Shown here: piece after piece, positions 14,393 through 25,717 of the stretch
Position numbering within the stretch: position 1 is the stretch's first letter
How the letters are laid out: the number at the start of each line of letters is the position of its first letter
NCBI GenBank assembly: GCA_030621645.1
Contig: JAUXHI010000001.1
Location: forward strand, 14,318 to 78,317
Direction of reading: 5' to 3'
DNA length: 64,000 nucleotides
Origin: Mycoplasmataceae bacterium
Lineage (GTDB): Bacteria > Bacillota_I > Bacilli_A > Mycoplasmatales > Hepatoplasmataceae
Made by a program: the position numbers and the translations under genes
Notes under the pieces: model-generated
Seen by the model: only the letters and a program-made list of their open reading frames with translations
Told to the model about the DNA's origin: nothing
Databases searched by the model: none

Positions 14393-14962
14393 TTATGCTT
14401 TTTTAATGATTACTAATGGAAGTTCAATAATTGTGTTTCTTCCAAATAATTCTAATTCAACTTCAGCTGATTGTTTAGCTAGTGAAATGCCTTTAATAAT
14501 ACCTATTTGATTTGCAAAATCACCTTCAATGATATTTACTGTATCACCTTCAACAAAACTAACTGATTCAATTTTTTTTGTTGTTGCGTTTGCAACATCA
14601 GCTGATGAAGTCATTGAGTCTTCTCTAATTCTTCCAATGATTTTATCAATTTGCTCTTCTGGAATAGGTGTTGGTTTTGTTCTTTGTCCTGAAGAACCAA
14701 TAATACCTGTTACATAGGGAGTGTTTCTTATAATGTATCAAGATTCATCTGTCATATCTACTTTAATGAATATGTATCCTGGGAACATTGGTTTTTTCTT
14801 TTTAACTCCTGTTTTTGTTTCATGGTTTAACAAAGGCAGAAAAATTTTCTCTATTGATTTTTCAGATCCGTTTTCTTGGAAGTCTCTTTCTTTAAGTGCG
14901 TCTTTAACTTTTTGTTCATGGTTTGACATAACCTGAACTATATATCATTTTTTATTATTCAT
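14393..14962 (-). CDS. nusG: transcription termination/antitermination factor NusG (189 aa)
   Basis: Track ORFs 14393-14614 and 14738-14929 are in frame. The frame extends through TGA to ATG 14962, giving MNNKKWYIVQVMSNHEQKVKDAL (the typical KWY.VQ start). The KOW-like C-terminus reads GDTVNIIEGDFANQIGIIKGI. Confidence 0.93.
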
Positions 14963-15131
14963 CTAAATCCCCCTTATTATCTTTGCTTTTTCTATCATAT
15001 TTCTTTTTATTTTTAAATTTTTTATTAGGAAATTTTAAATTTATTCATCCATCTTGACAAGAATATTCAACACCTATTTCTTTGCTAGATTTCTTTTCCC
15101 TCAACCATTTCTTTTTTGGTTTATTAACCAT
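14955..15131 (-). CDS. small, very basic ORF (58 aa) filling the secE-nusG gap; coding status uncertain
   Basis: ATG 15131 lies 1 nt after the secE stop. The ORF is open to TAA 14955-14957 and overlaps the nusG ATG by 8 nt. Product: MVNKPKKKWLREKKSSKEIGVEYSCQDGWINLKFPNKKFKNKKKYDRKSKDNKGDLDE. It is too short for the track. A Lys-rich translation of an A-rich strand can arise by chance. Confidence 0.35.
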
Positions 15132-15132
15132 T

Positions 15133-15303
15133 TTATTTAAGGACTCTTATTAATGAAGTTATTAATCATGAAAACAAGACAATAATACCCGTTGCCAATG
15201 AAACAAAAATTATTGTATACAAGAAAGATTTAGATGTTTTAGTTGTCGATGATCATCTAATCCTTCTTAATTCTGTACCTAATTTTTTAAAGAAATTCTT
15301 CAT
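15133..15303 (-). CDS. secE: preprotein translocase subunit SecE (56 aa)
   Basis: Hand translation gives MKNFFKKLGTELRRIRWSSTTKTSKSFLYTIIFVSLATGIIVLFSWLITSLIRVLK, with the conserved E..R..W motif and a single C-terminal TM. It sits in the canonical rpmG-secE-nusG position, and its ATG overlaps the rpmG stop (TAATG). Confidence 0.85.
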
Positions 15304-15452
15304 TATCTTGTTTCCTTATGAAAAGTATGTTTTTTACATGTACTACAATATTTTTTTAATTCTAATTTGTTAGGGTTTGCTTTATCTTTTTTAATTTTGT
15401 AATTTCTTGATAAACATTCGCTACAAATTAGTATCATTGTTTGTTTTTCCAT
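15303..15452 (-). CDS. rpmG: 50S ribosomal protein L33 (49 aa)
   Basis: Hand translation gives MEKQTMILICSECLSRNYKIKKDKANPNKLELKKYCSTCKKHTFHKETR, with CxxC...CxxC and the L33 C-terminal HKE motif. Confidence 0.88.
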   Translation of the reverse strand: MEKQTMILICSECLSRNYKIKKDKANPNKLELKKYCSTCKKHTFHKETR

Positions 15453-15489
15453 GTTCTCCTTACTTAATAATTATATATGAAAAACCAAG

Positions 15490-16068
15490 TTATAATAACT
15501 CGGTTAATTCTTCTTTATTCTTTCTTACTTTTCTTAAAGCTCTATATTTAACTGAGTAAACATAATTCTTTGCTTTTGAAAACATTGTCGCAACTTCTTC
15601 TATTGTAAATCCATTTGCTGATAATTCTAGAACTCTGAATTCATCATCGGTTAATTCTTCTTTTAGAATTCCTAAATCCATTTCAGTTTTGTCATTATAT
15701 TCAAATGCGGTTTTAAGACTAGTGCCTTCACTTAGTTTCGCAAGGTTTAATGTTTTATGGGTATTGTTAATTAGTTTTCTCATTTGCTCATGACCTCCTC
15801 ATGTTAAATACTGTTTGATAAATGCAGGAAATGATTTCTTATACTCAGTATCAAATTTTAAAATCAATTCTCAAAAAGTTTTTAATAATATGTTTCTAAT
15901 ATCTTCTTTTTCAAGAGGCGTGTTCCAATATTTGAAATAGAATTGCTTAGTTAGATTCCTTATTAATGGATCATATTTATCTATGAGAACCAATAAGCTT
16001 GCATTGTCACCTTTTTTCACTTTTTCAACAAGTTCACTGTCAATTTTCAATATATCTTCTTTTTTCAT
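15490..16068 (-). CDS. small sigma-70-family RNA polymerase sigma factor (192 aa) at the SigH position
   Basis: Track ORFs 15490-15783 and 15871-16068 are in frame and joined through TGA at 15871 and 15799. The region-2-like N-terminus reads LIDKYDPLIRNLTKQFYFKYW. The region-4 HTH reads LTDDEFRVLELSANGFTIEEVATMFSKAKNYVYSVKYRALRKV. Synteny cysS-rlmB-X-rpmG-secE-nusG matches B. subtilis sigH. Confidence 0.75.
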
Positions 16069-16071
16069 TTG

Positions 16072-16770
16072 TTATTTCATAATAAACAATATAATCCCTG
16101 CAGCAACAGAAACATTTAATGATTCTGTATTACTTTTCATGGGAATTGAAACAGTTAAGTCAGATTTCAAAATTAAAGTTTTCTTTACTCCAGAACCTTC
16201 ATTACCAACTATTATGGCTAAAGGTCTATCAAAGTTTTTGATATCTTCAAGTGTTTCCTTTCCATTCATTATTGCTGAAGCAATTCAATAATCATTTTCT
16301 TTTAATGTTTTTATTGCATTACTTAAATTATTCACTTGGACAAAATTAACATTCATTCATGTTCCAGCTGATGATTTTAAAGCACCAGGTGTTAGCCCTG
16401 CTGATTCATGTATTGAACTTATTATTCCGGCACCATTAAAAGCTGAGACTGATCTCATTATTGCTCCTAAATTATGTGGATCATTAATTCTGTCTAAAAT
16501 TATTATTGTTTTATTCTTTCTTTTTTTTGTTATTTCAATTAATTCTAAGATATTAAGTTGTTTTGGATCATCAATTTCAGCAATTATTCCTTGGTGGACT
16601 TCTTGCATAATTTTGTGTTTCCCTTTAATGTCAGAAATAGGAAAAACTAATTTTGAATCAACTTGATTTAAAAAATCTTTATGTCTATTTAAATCAACAT
16701 AAAATTTTTTTATAACTTTTGGTGATTTTTTATATAAATCCATTACTGGATTTTTTCCATAAATTAACAT
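16072..16770 (-). CDS. rlmB: TrmH/SpoU-family 23S rRNA 2'-O-methyltransferase (RlmB/YacO-like, 232 aa)
   Basis: Track ORFs 16072-16269 and 16357-16770 are in frame. SpoU motifs present: LDRINDPHNLGAIMRS, IIVGNEGSGV and SLNVSVAAGIILF. Positional orthologue of yacO. Confidence 0.8.
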
Positions 16771-18002
16771 TATAATATCACTATTTCTTTTCTTAGTTTA
16801 TCTGAAAGCTCATAATTATTTTCATTATGAGCCTCTTTGTAGGCATTTAATTTATTCTCATCTATATCTGCTTTTATGCCCAATATTTCAAGATTAAATA
16901 AGAGTTTTTGGAATGCTTCTTCATTTCCGTCATTCACTTTTTTTAATAATTCAAATAAATATGTGAATCCTGCTGAAGTGTCAAGATCATTTGACAATAT
17001 GTCTATCATTGTACTATCTTTGATGGGCTCTAAAATTTTTTTTGAAATGATAAATGTCTTGATACTATTTCTAATTTTTGAAATAGTGTCTTTGGCATTA
17101 TTAATTAAATTTTCATTTATATTAATAGGTTTAGTATATTTTATACTTGATAAAATTACCCTTAAAATGTTAGCTGAATATTGATTGATAAATTTGTTGG
17201 CTCCTCAAAAATTATTTAATGATTTTGACATTTTTTCATCATCTATTTGAACATGTCCTACATACATTCAAGTTTTTGCAAGTTCATTTCCTGTTTCTGC
17301 ATGATATTGAGACATCTCATTAATGTGATGTGGAAATTTTAAATCAATCCCCCCTCCATGAACATCAATACCATTATTGCCATATATTTTTTTAATAAAA
17401 TATGCACATTCAGTATGTCAACCAGGCCTTCCTTTACTTCATGGTGAAGTGAAGGAAATTCCTTCTTCAGTTTTTTTTCAAAGTGCAAAGTCATGAGGAT
17501 TTCTTTTTTCTAAAATGTCTTTTTCATGGAAAAGAAGTTCCTTAATATTTAAATTAACAATTTTTCCATAATTTTTATCAAATTTTATATTAAAATAAAC
17601 ACTTCCTTTAGCTTCATAAGCAAACCCTTTATCTACCAACGAATCAATAAATTTAATCATCCCAGGAACATTTTCAGAAACCTTGGGCATATGAGTTGGT
17701 GTTGTAATGTTAAGGTTAGATAATAAATTTAAATATTTTTTTGTATATTTTTTAGAAATCTCTTTTTCAGATTTATTTTCCTTAATTGCTTTTGCTATTA
17801 TTTTGTCATCTATATCAGTAATGTTATGAGTAAAATTAACATCTCCATTTAGAGATGCTACTTTATTGAATATATCAAAAATAACAATAGGTCTCATATT
17901 ACCAATGTGTGGTTCATCATAAACTGTTGGTCCACACACATATAAATTTATTTTGTTTCCCAATTTGTTTTTTTTGTTTGTAAAAAAGTCTTTCACTTCC
18001 AT
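16770..18002 (-). CDS. cysS: cysteine--tRNA ligase (410 aa)
   Basis: Track ORFs 17478-18002 and 16770-17009 are in frame (993 nt apart). The N-terminus [19 protein letters not shown] carries the HIGH motif. The stop overlaps the rlmB ATG (TAATG). Confidence 0.93.
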
Positions 18003-18020
18003 ATACTATTATTTTACCAA

Positions 18021-18043
18021 TAAAAAAGACACCTTTGGTGTCT
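18021..18043 (-). terminator. intrinsic terminator of the opp operon
   Basis: On the minus strand agacacc-aaa-ggtgtct is followed by tttttta, starting 5 nt after the oppF stop at 18049. Confidence 0.75.
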
Positions 18044-18048
18044 TAATA

Positions 18049-20079
18049 TTATTTAATTCTTTTATTTTTACTTCATTTTTGGACTTCTTTTTTTGTTCCA
18101 TAAACTCAATGACCTTTTCTAGCTTCTCATTCTTTAACTATTTTGTAATCATTATAGTTATGTTGATTAGAATCATATTCATTTAGTTTAAGTTTTTGTC
18201 CAGGTTTTTTAATGTTTGGTTGAGCATTAATTAGCGCTTTTGTATAAGGATGAATTGGGTTTTCATAAACAGATTTTGCAGTACCCATTTCTACAATTTT
18301 TCCTTGGTACATTACAGCAATTCTATTTGAAATGTAATATGACATTTCAATATCGTGAGAAATGAACATTATAGCCATTTTGAATTCCTTTTGTAAATCT
18401 TTTAAAAGATTTACAACTGACGCTTGTAATGATACATCTAAAGCTGATATAGGTTCATCAGCAACTATGAACTCTGGATTGACTAAAATAGATCTAGCAA
18501 TTCCTATTCTTTGCTTTTGACCACCAGAGAATTGTGACGGATATTTATTAAGTGCAGATTCATCTAAACCTACCTTTTTAAGTATTTCTGTAATCTTTTG
18601 ATTAATAAATTCTTTTTCATCTAGTCTATTAGACTTTATAGAATTAAGTTTTGATAGTTGTTGAATATAGTTATCTCTTTTTTTATATAGTGCCAGGTCA
18701 ATTGGTGCCATTTTTACTTTTCCAACTGCAACTGCTATTTTAGAATTCATCTTTGCTAAGATTTCTTCTTTTCTTCTTTTAATTTCTTTATCAATATTTT
18801 TTAATTCAGTATCATATGCTTTCAGATCAAGAATTTTAAATTGTTTTGATAAAAGTTTTTCTTTTTTAAGGATGTTAGTATTGGTATAATATTTAACTGT
18901 TTTTTGTAATTTAGATTCCTCAAGAAGCTTATTATCAAATCTTCATGTTTCAAAAGCCACTAATGCTTCAGTAACTGTTACATTTATATTTCTAAGATAG
19001 ATATAAATATCTTTAACACTCTCTCTATCATGTGTCTCTATTAATTTTTTAAGTTCCCTTTTGGCTTTTACAAATATTTTTAAAATCTCATTAAGTATTG
19101 TTTTTTCATATGAAATTCTATTGATCTTATTTTGTTTAACAGTTTTAAAACCAATTAATTTTTCTTTTGTCTGTCTAGCTTTAATTCTCTTTGTTGCTTT
19201 TGTAGCATCTAAGATTAGATCTTCAAAATAATTAATTCTTTCATTTATTTCTTTAGTAGTTCATTTTACTGTACGTTTGAAAGCAAAAGTGTTTTTTGCA
19301 TATTTTTTAACGTTCTCTAATTCTTCTAATTCTTCTTCAAGCGAAACCTTAATATCATAATCTTTATATTTTGAATTATCTAGTATATTAGAAATTGAAG
19401 TTCTTCTGTCTTCCTTTAAAATTTTCTTATATCTTTGAGCTGATTCAAAAGAAACTTCAAATAGTTCTTTTTCATCTAAGATTTGTTCTCTTAAGTCATC
19501 AATTGTTTTGATTATTTTAATTTGCCCAAATAAGAATTTATCATCATTAATTTTTTTAGCCTTTAAATTTTGCAGGTTTTTTGATAAAGCGGTTGTGTGT
19601 TTTCTCTCAACTTCTAATCATGGATTTTCTAATTTAACTAATTTATCATCAATAACTTGTAATTTCTTTTTAATATCATCCTTTTTATCTGCAAGATAAA
19701 CATCGTAAAGATTAAGGTTTTTAATACCTTCACCAATGATCTCTTTAATTTTTTTAACTTCATTTAGTGAAGTGGTTGGATTTTGAAAAATCATTTGTGC
19801 TTTTGAATAGATTCACTTATTCTTTTTGTTAATAAACTCTACTTTTTTACTCGGAACTAATTTATCATCAATTGTTACAGTACCAGTTGTTCTACTGATT
19901 AAACCAATTAATGTTCTCCCTAATGTAGTTTTACCAGAACCTGATTCACCAACAACGGAAACAATTTCTCCTTTGTTAACTGTAAAATCAACATGGTCTA
20001 GTGCCTTGTAGATTTTCTTTTTCCTTTTAAAGTGAACAGATAAATTTTCAGCTTTTACAATTTCTTTATTTCTTACCAT
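18049..20079 (-). CDS. oppF: oligopeptide ABC transporter ATP-binding protein OppF with ~350-aa internal insertion (676 aa)
   Basis: ATG 20079 follows AGAGGAAA. Walker [10 protein letters not shown] and the Q-loop region QMIFQNP are present. I walked all codons 18751-19741 and found only three TGA and no TAA/TAG. Then come [14 protein letters not shown], Walker [12 protein letters not shown] and the H-loop FISHD. The frame continues past the track stop (TGA 18127) to TAA 18049. Confidence 0.9.
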
Positions 20080-21169
20080 ATGTTTTCCTCTTTTTGTTTG
20101 ATTTATTTCAAAGTTTTTGAATTTCAACTGGCGGTTTGAAAGTTGGTGCATTTTTATCATACAGTCATGATCAAACATGGTGAGTTGTTGTTTTTGAATA
20201 CACTGGAGGTTTAAGTTCAAAATCAATTTCTAATGCATAATCTGATCTCTCTGCAAATACATCACCTTTGTTTTTTGAAATATCAACAGGAACTTGTCCA
20301 GGTATTGTATATAATTTTTTGTTTGTTTTAGAATCTGGAATCGATCTCATTAGTCCTCATGTGTATGGATGCAATGGCATTGATAATAATTCTTTTGTTT
20401 TTCCAACTTCAACTATTGAACCAGCATACATTATCATCATTGTGTCGGCAATCGAACTTATTAATGCAATATCATGTGAAATAATAATAATTCCTACTTT
20501 GTGTTTTCTTCTAACAGTTCTAATAATTTCAATTATTTGTGCCTGAGCAACTGGATCAAGTGCGGTTGTAGGTTCGTCAAAAATAATTAAATCAGGCTTT
20601 GCAGCTAAAATGATAACTATTACTATTCTTTGATTCATACCACCCGATAATTGGTGTGGATACATATTCATTACTTCTGGAGCATTTTGAATCATTACTG
20701 AATCTAATAACTCAATTGCAATTCCTTTTGCTTCAGATTTAGTTAATTCTTCCTTAGGTGAATTAATTAAAATTGATTCTATTATTTGTTTGCCAATTTT
20801 TACATATGGATTTAAAGATGAAAGAGGGTTTTGGAATACTTGTGAAACCTTTTTACCTCTTAATCCTTCTCTTCTTCAATCTTCAGGAGTAAAATGAGAA
20901 ATGTCTTGCCCTTCAAATATAATTTTTCCTGAATTAACAATTTGAATGTCTGAATTTAGTCCAGTTAAAGTTGAAGTTAAAACTGTTTTCCCGGAACCTG
21001 ATTCTCCAATTATTCCAAGTATTTCTTCTTTTCTTATTTTTAAAGAAGCATTACTAATAATTAATTTTGGACCTTTTTTTGTTCTATATGATAATTTCAA
21101 ATCCTTAATTTCAGCTATCTTCTCATTATTTTCAAAAGCATCAATTGTTTTTTTATATCTTAATCTCAT
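20066..21169 (-). CDS. oppD: oligopeptide ABC transporter ATP-binding protein OppD (367 aa)
   Basis: Track ORFs 20876-21169 and 20357-20695 are in frame. Motifs: [27 protein letters not shown] and HPYTWGLMRSIP. I walked 20066-20360 and found only TGA, then TAA at 20066. It overlaps the oppF start by 14 nt. Confidence 0.93.
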
Positions 21170-21171
21170 AT

Positions 21172-22110
21172 TTACCTCACAGTCCTTGATGTTCCAAAGG
21201 CAGATTCAATTCCAAATCCTATGAATTGAACTGAAGCTACTATTGTCACTAATGAAATAATTGGGTAGAATACTTGCATTGGGTGTGAAAGTATATATGC
21301 TCTACCTGAATTAATTAATGTACCTAATGTTGGAATATCTGGCACTGAAAGACCTAAGAAACCTAGTGTCGCTTCAACAAGAATCATTTTTGGGAATAAC
21401 ATTGTAAATTGAATAATAATTGTAGGAATTGCTAATGTAAAGAATGTTCCTAAAATTTTAAATCATCCTGTCCCAAGTGTCTGAGAAGCAATAATAAAAT
21501 CTTGGTTTCTTGTTCTTAATGTTTGCCCTCTAATTTGTTGTGACGGACCAACTCATCCTGTTATAACTAGTGAAACAACAACGATTATCATGCTTGCTCC
21601 AAAAACTGTTGAGAACAATATTAGAATTAATATTGAAGGTAGTGAATATAATATTTTGATTATTGGTGTTAAAATTTTATCAACAGTTTTAAAGTAACCT
21701 TGTGAAATACCAACTATTATTCCTATTATTATATTTATAGTAGAAGCAATAATTGCAAGAACAGATGATACAAGTAATCCATATCATAATCTAGTTCATA
21801 GGTCTCTCCCGAAATCATCAGTTCCAAATCAATGTTGTTTTGTTGAACCTGAAAGAATATCTGATGATCCTATTGTAATATCTCATTGAGATGTAAACAC
21901 CACAACAACTGCAGTGATAATTAATCCAATTAGTATAAATAAACCAGCAATAGAAAGCTTATTAGTAAAAAATTCTTTCATTGCTTCTTTACCTGCTGAT
22001 TTTTGATCTGATATAGCAACTATCTCTGTTATGATTCTATTTTTTGATCATTTAAATAGATCTTTTGTGTTTAGAGTCGTTACTTTATGTTTCTCTATTC
22101 TTTTTTTCAT
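21172..22110 (-). CDS. oppC: oligopeptide ABC transporter permease OppC (312 aa)
   Basis: ATG 22110 is in frame with track ORF 21172-21402. Multi-TM protein with the binding-protein-dependent permease C-terminus. The ATG overlaps the oppB stop (TAATG). Confidence 0.88.
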
Positions 22111-23132
22111 TATATTGTCCTTAACCTTGGATCTACAAACCTTACCATTATGTCTCTTAGGAAGAAAGAAATAACAATTGCTATAGAATAAATTGTTGCT
22201 ATCGCAAGCAATGCTGCTTGATCTTTATCAACTGCAGAATCAACTAAGAATGTGCCTGCTCCAGGTATTCCAAATACAGACTCAACTGTAATTGAACCAA
22301 AAATTGCCATAGTAACAATTATTGGGAAATAAGTTGCAACTGGATAAAGAGAAGGCTTTAATATATGAGATCATAATAGCCTTCTTTCTGATACACCTTT
22401 AATTCTTGCTAAAGCAACATATTGTTTTTTATATTCTTCTCTAACTGAAGATCTTAAATATCTAGAATATGTAAACCCAACTGGAATTGCAATTACCAAT
22501 GTTGGAATTAGTATTGAATATCAACTTCCATATTGGAATATAATTGGAAGTCCTAATAAGTATGAAATGTACATAAATAGAATAGCAAATACAAAAGCAG
22601 GAATTGAGAATGCCATAACTGAAATTGATGCGGCAACAATATCTGAAGTGGTTGTTTTTCTTCTTGCTAAAGCAATACCTATTGGTATTCCTATTATTAT
22701 TGAGAAAGCAATAGCTAATGAACCAATTTGGAATGAGAGTAATAGCTTACTAAAAATAATTGAAGAAACATTAACACCATATGTCCCAGAAGTACCTAGT
22801 GTCCCATTAAACATGTCTCCTAATGATTTAAAGTATCTAGCTATATATGGATCATTTAGATAAAAACTATCCTTCATAGCTTGAACAACTGAAGGAGCAG
22901 CTTTGTTAGCAATTAAGTCATCAATTATTTTAGGATTACCTGGGATTAAATTTACCAACACAAAAACAATCGTAAAGACTGCTAACGATATCATTATTGC
23001 TGTAATTAATAATTTAATTAATGAATGTGTTCAATATTTTGTTGTTTTAGGAAATTTAGTAACTAAAGATCTTTTATTGTTTTTAATAAAAGTTTTTAAT
23101 TCAGTTGAAATTTGTATATCTAATTTTTTCAT
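22110..23132 (-). CDS. oppB: oligopeptide ABC transporter permease OppB (340 aa)
   Basis: ATG 23132 is in frame with track ORFs 22521-22994 and 22110-22310. The C-terminus ..FFLRDIMVRFVDPRLR is the typical OppB/DppB ending. The ATG overlaps the oppA stop (TAATG). Confidence 0.9.
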
Positions 23133-25666
23133 TATCTATATTTAAGTATTGCATCTTCTCCTGGATAACCATATTTTGTTTTTAGGTCAAGATTATATGC
23201 ATATATTTGTACCGGATATCCTAATGACAGAGCAGAAATAAATGGAGATTTGTTTGGTACACCAGTTGGTAATGCATTTCTAATTTGCATTGACCCCATA
23301 CCTTCTTGATTTATTGATTCAAAAATAACAAATAATCTTGCTTGATCAGTTTCATCTAGTGAGTAAACTTCTGTTTGGGTTGTGCCACTCACTACCTGTG
23401 TTTCATATCCTCTATCTTCTCCTGTTCCGCCATCAATATTTACACTTAATTTTCCTGGTGTTTGAGTTGTACCAATATCTATTGAATCTTCCATGAAATC
23501 ATGTAATCCATTCATAATTTCAAGACCTTCTTCTTTATCTGCTAAGATTGTATCTGGAATTAATTGTTCCATATTTGCCTTGTTGTATACCCAATCAGAA
23601 TTTGTTAATGGATTTGCCTTTGTAGGAATGAACATTCCATCTGCTGCTCAATTAGTTCTTATTTGTTCTTTTTGTGCTGTAGTATAAGTGTTTCCATATG
23701 AATGTCATGAGCCAGTTCAGAAGTTTCATGATACAGATAAATTAAATGATCTTGACAAATCTACACCATTATAAATTGATAGAGAACCCCATGGTGAACC
23801 AACATCTGGGTTTCAACCAATCTCTATTAAATCATAATCAGAACTTCTTCAAGAAGGCATAAGTGACCCAACAATAGTTTTAATATTAATCTTAATGGGT
23901 AAATCATGTGTGTGGAATGCCTGTCTCATAGTTTGTATTACAGGGTCTGTATCGCCAAGTGTAGTTGCATACTCTAATTCAATATTTGTTGGTATTGATT
24001 CTCCAATAGCTTTCATATCAGCTTCAAAAAGATTTCAATAGTGTTGAATTAATGCTTTGTCAACAATTGGGTCAGTATAGTTTGTTGCTTCACCAGCAGT
24101 TGTGCCTCTCACATAATCCTTACCATCCATTTTACTTTGGTCAGTAGCTAATATAATTTCTCTAGTCTCTTCATCATGATGAGCTAAATATCTTTTTGCT
24201 TCTGTATATCCAATTTCAGCATTATAAGCATAATCAACTATTGTTCTTTTTTCTTTTTCTATTGAAGTATCAGGAAAGGTACCAAATTTAGAAGGCGTCA
24301 CTAGACCAGTTGGCACAGCTCTTTCTGAGGCAGTAAGTTCAATATATTTAGATCTATCAAATGCAGTGAAAATAGCTTTTCTAAAGTTAGGGTTCTTATA
24401 GTATTTTGCATTAGGTCTTGTATTGTTTGGAGATAAATTAAATAATGTATATCTTGTTGTTGGGTTTGATAATTGTCAATCGATAAATTCAGAAGCATAA
24501 CTATCTTGAAGCAACACTGATTTATCTGCTATTTCATCAACATGGAATGTTGTAAGTTCTCCAGATTTAAACATTGCTAGTTGAGTTGACTGATCCTTAA
24601 TGTTTCTTAATGCCATTGTATTTGAAGCAATTAAATCTGAGTTATGATATGTTTCGTTCTTTGACAATTCAAGTCCATAATCAGGGTCAAAAGAATCAAC
24701 ATTAAATGCCCCATAAGTTGAAAGTGTCTCTTTGTTTGTTCCCATATCACGTATTGACATATTGTTTCCCTCTAGTCAAACTTGGTTAATGGGCATGAAT
24801 GATGGATTTTGTAAAATAGTATGAAAAACTGGATTAGGGTCATTTGTTTGATACATGAATCACCCTTCTTCATTATTGAATACAAATGCAGCTTCTTCTG
24901 CCGTTCCTTTATTAGCTTCTTTAGTTATGAAATTTTTAGTTGGGTTTTGATCATCATAAAACATTTTTTCTCTTAATAATCAATCTTCTTCTTCACCAGT
25001 GTCAATTGCATTGTTTTGATTATCTTCTCAAGTTTTAGCCCCTTTTAAATTAATGTACTTAGCTGGCATATATCTGGCTGATGAACCATTTCTTGCATTA
25101 AGTATTTTATAAAGTGCATAACCAAAATTTGAAGCTAAAATTTCTTCACCAGTTGATCATTTAAGATCAGGTCTCATAAAAAATTTTCAATTTTCATTAT
25201 TTTCAGATACTCATGCTTTTTTAGCAATTGAAAATTGAGAATCAGATAATGTTGGATCTCCTAAATCAGATTTTTCTTCATCTCCATCAGCAACATTAAT
25301 ATCTTTTACCCTTTCAAATGTGTCTTGTTGTGTTGTGGCTGACATATATTTTTGTCTTAGTTCTTCATCTCCTCAAGATAATGGATCATTAATCAATTGA
25401 ATTGATGAATAATCACTAATTGAGTTAACAATGATACCGTCCTGAAAGTTAAGTGCTATCCTACTTATATCCCCAGAACTTGTTGTATAGTTCATATTAG
25501 TTTTTTTATTTATACTCATCATGAAATCATATTTTGAATTATTAATATATGATTTTCCTAAAGAATATAGCCCAATTAAACCACCAGACGCTATTGCAAA
25601 TCCAGCGAAAATTGCTACATTTTTTCTTAAAATTAGTTTAATCTTCATATCAAAATTATACACCAT
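23132..25666 (-). CDS. oppA: oligopeptide-binding protein OppA (family-5 SBP-like, ~840 aa), signal-anchored
   Basis: Four track fragments (23132-23635, 24035-24316, 24476-24760, 25373-25666) lie in one frame. I walked 23636-24035 and found nine TGA and no TAA/TAG. First gene of oppABCDF. An alternative start is ATG 25648 (MKIKLILRKNVAIFAGFAIASGG). Confidence 0.8.
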
Positions 25667-25679
25667 AATAGTGGCACTA

Positions 25680-25685
25680 ATTATA
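25680..25685 (-). promoter_or_regulatory. candidate -10 box (TATAAT) of the opp operon
   Basis: The minus-strand TATAAT lies 13 nt upstream of ATG 25666, inside a 51-bp intergenic gap. Confidence 0.35.
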
Positions 25686-25717
25686 TATGTATAATTAAAA
25701 TTAGTCTACTAAATTCC

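Noticed and set aside
14364-14394. Weak hairpin (aaataca ... tgtattt, 17-nt loop) overlapping the nusG stop, as the nusG terminator
   Set aside because: It is an all-A/T 7-bp stem with an oversized loop, which is far weaker than the GC-containing terminator at 14211-14241. It is not reported as a feature.
20655-20663. DnaA-box-like TGTGGATAC inside oppD
   Set aside because: It is a single copy with a mismatch to TGTGGATAA and lies inside a coding region, with no clustering or AT-rich unwinding element. The true origin is expected beyond the right edge.
24301-24498. Alternative-frame minus-strand ORFs inside oppA (24301-24498), prfA (37179-37385) and the permease (52036-52230)
   Set aside because: They are out of frame with the conserved host gene. 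They are short and of biased composition, with nothing suggesting a programmed frameshift or a nested gene.
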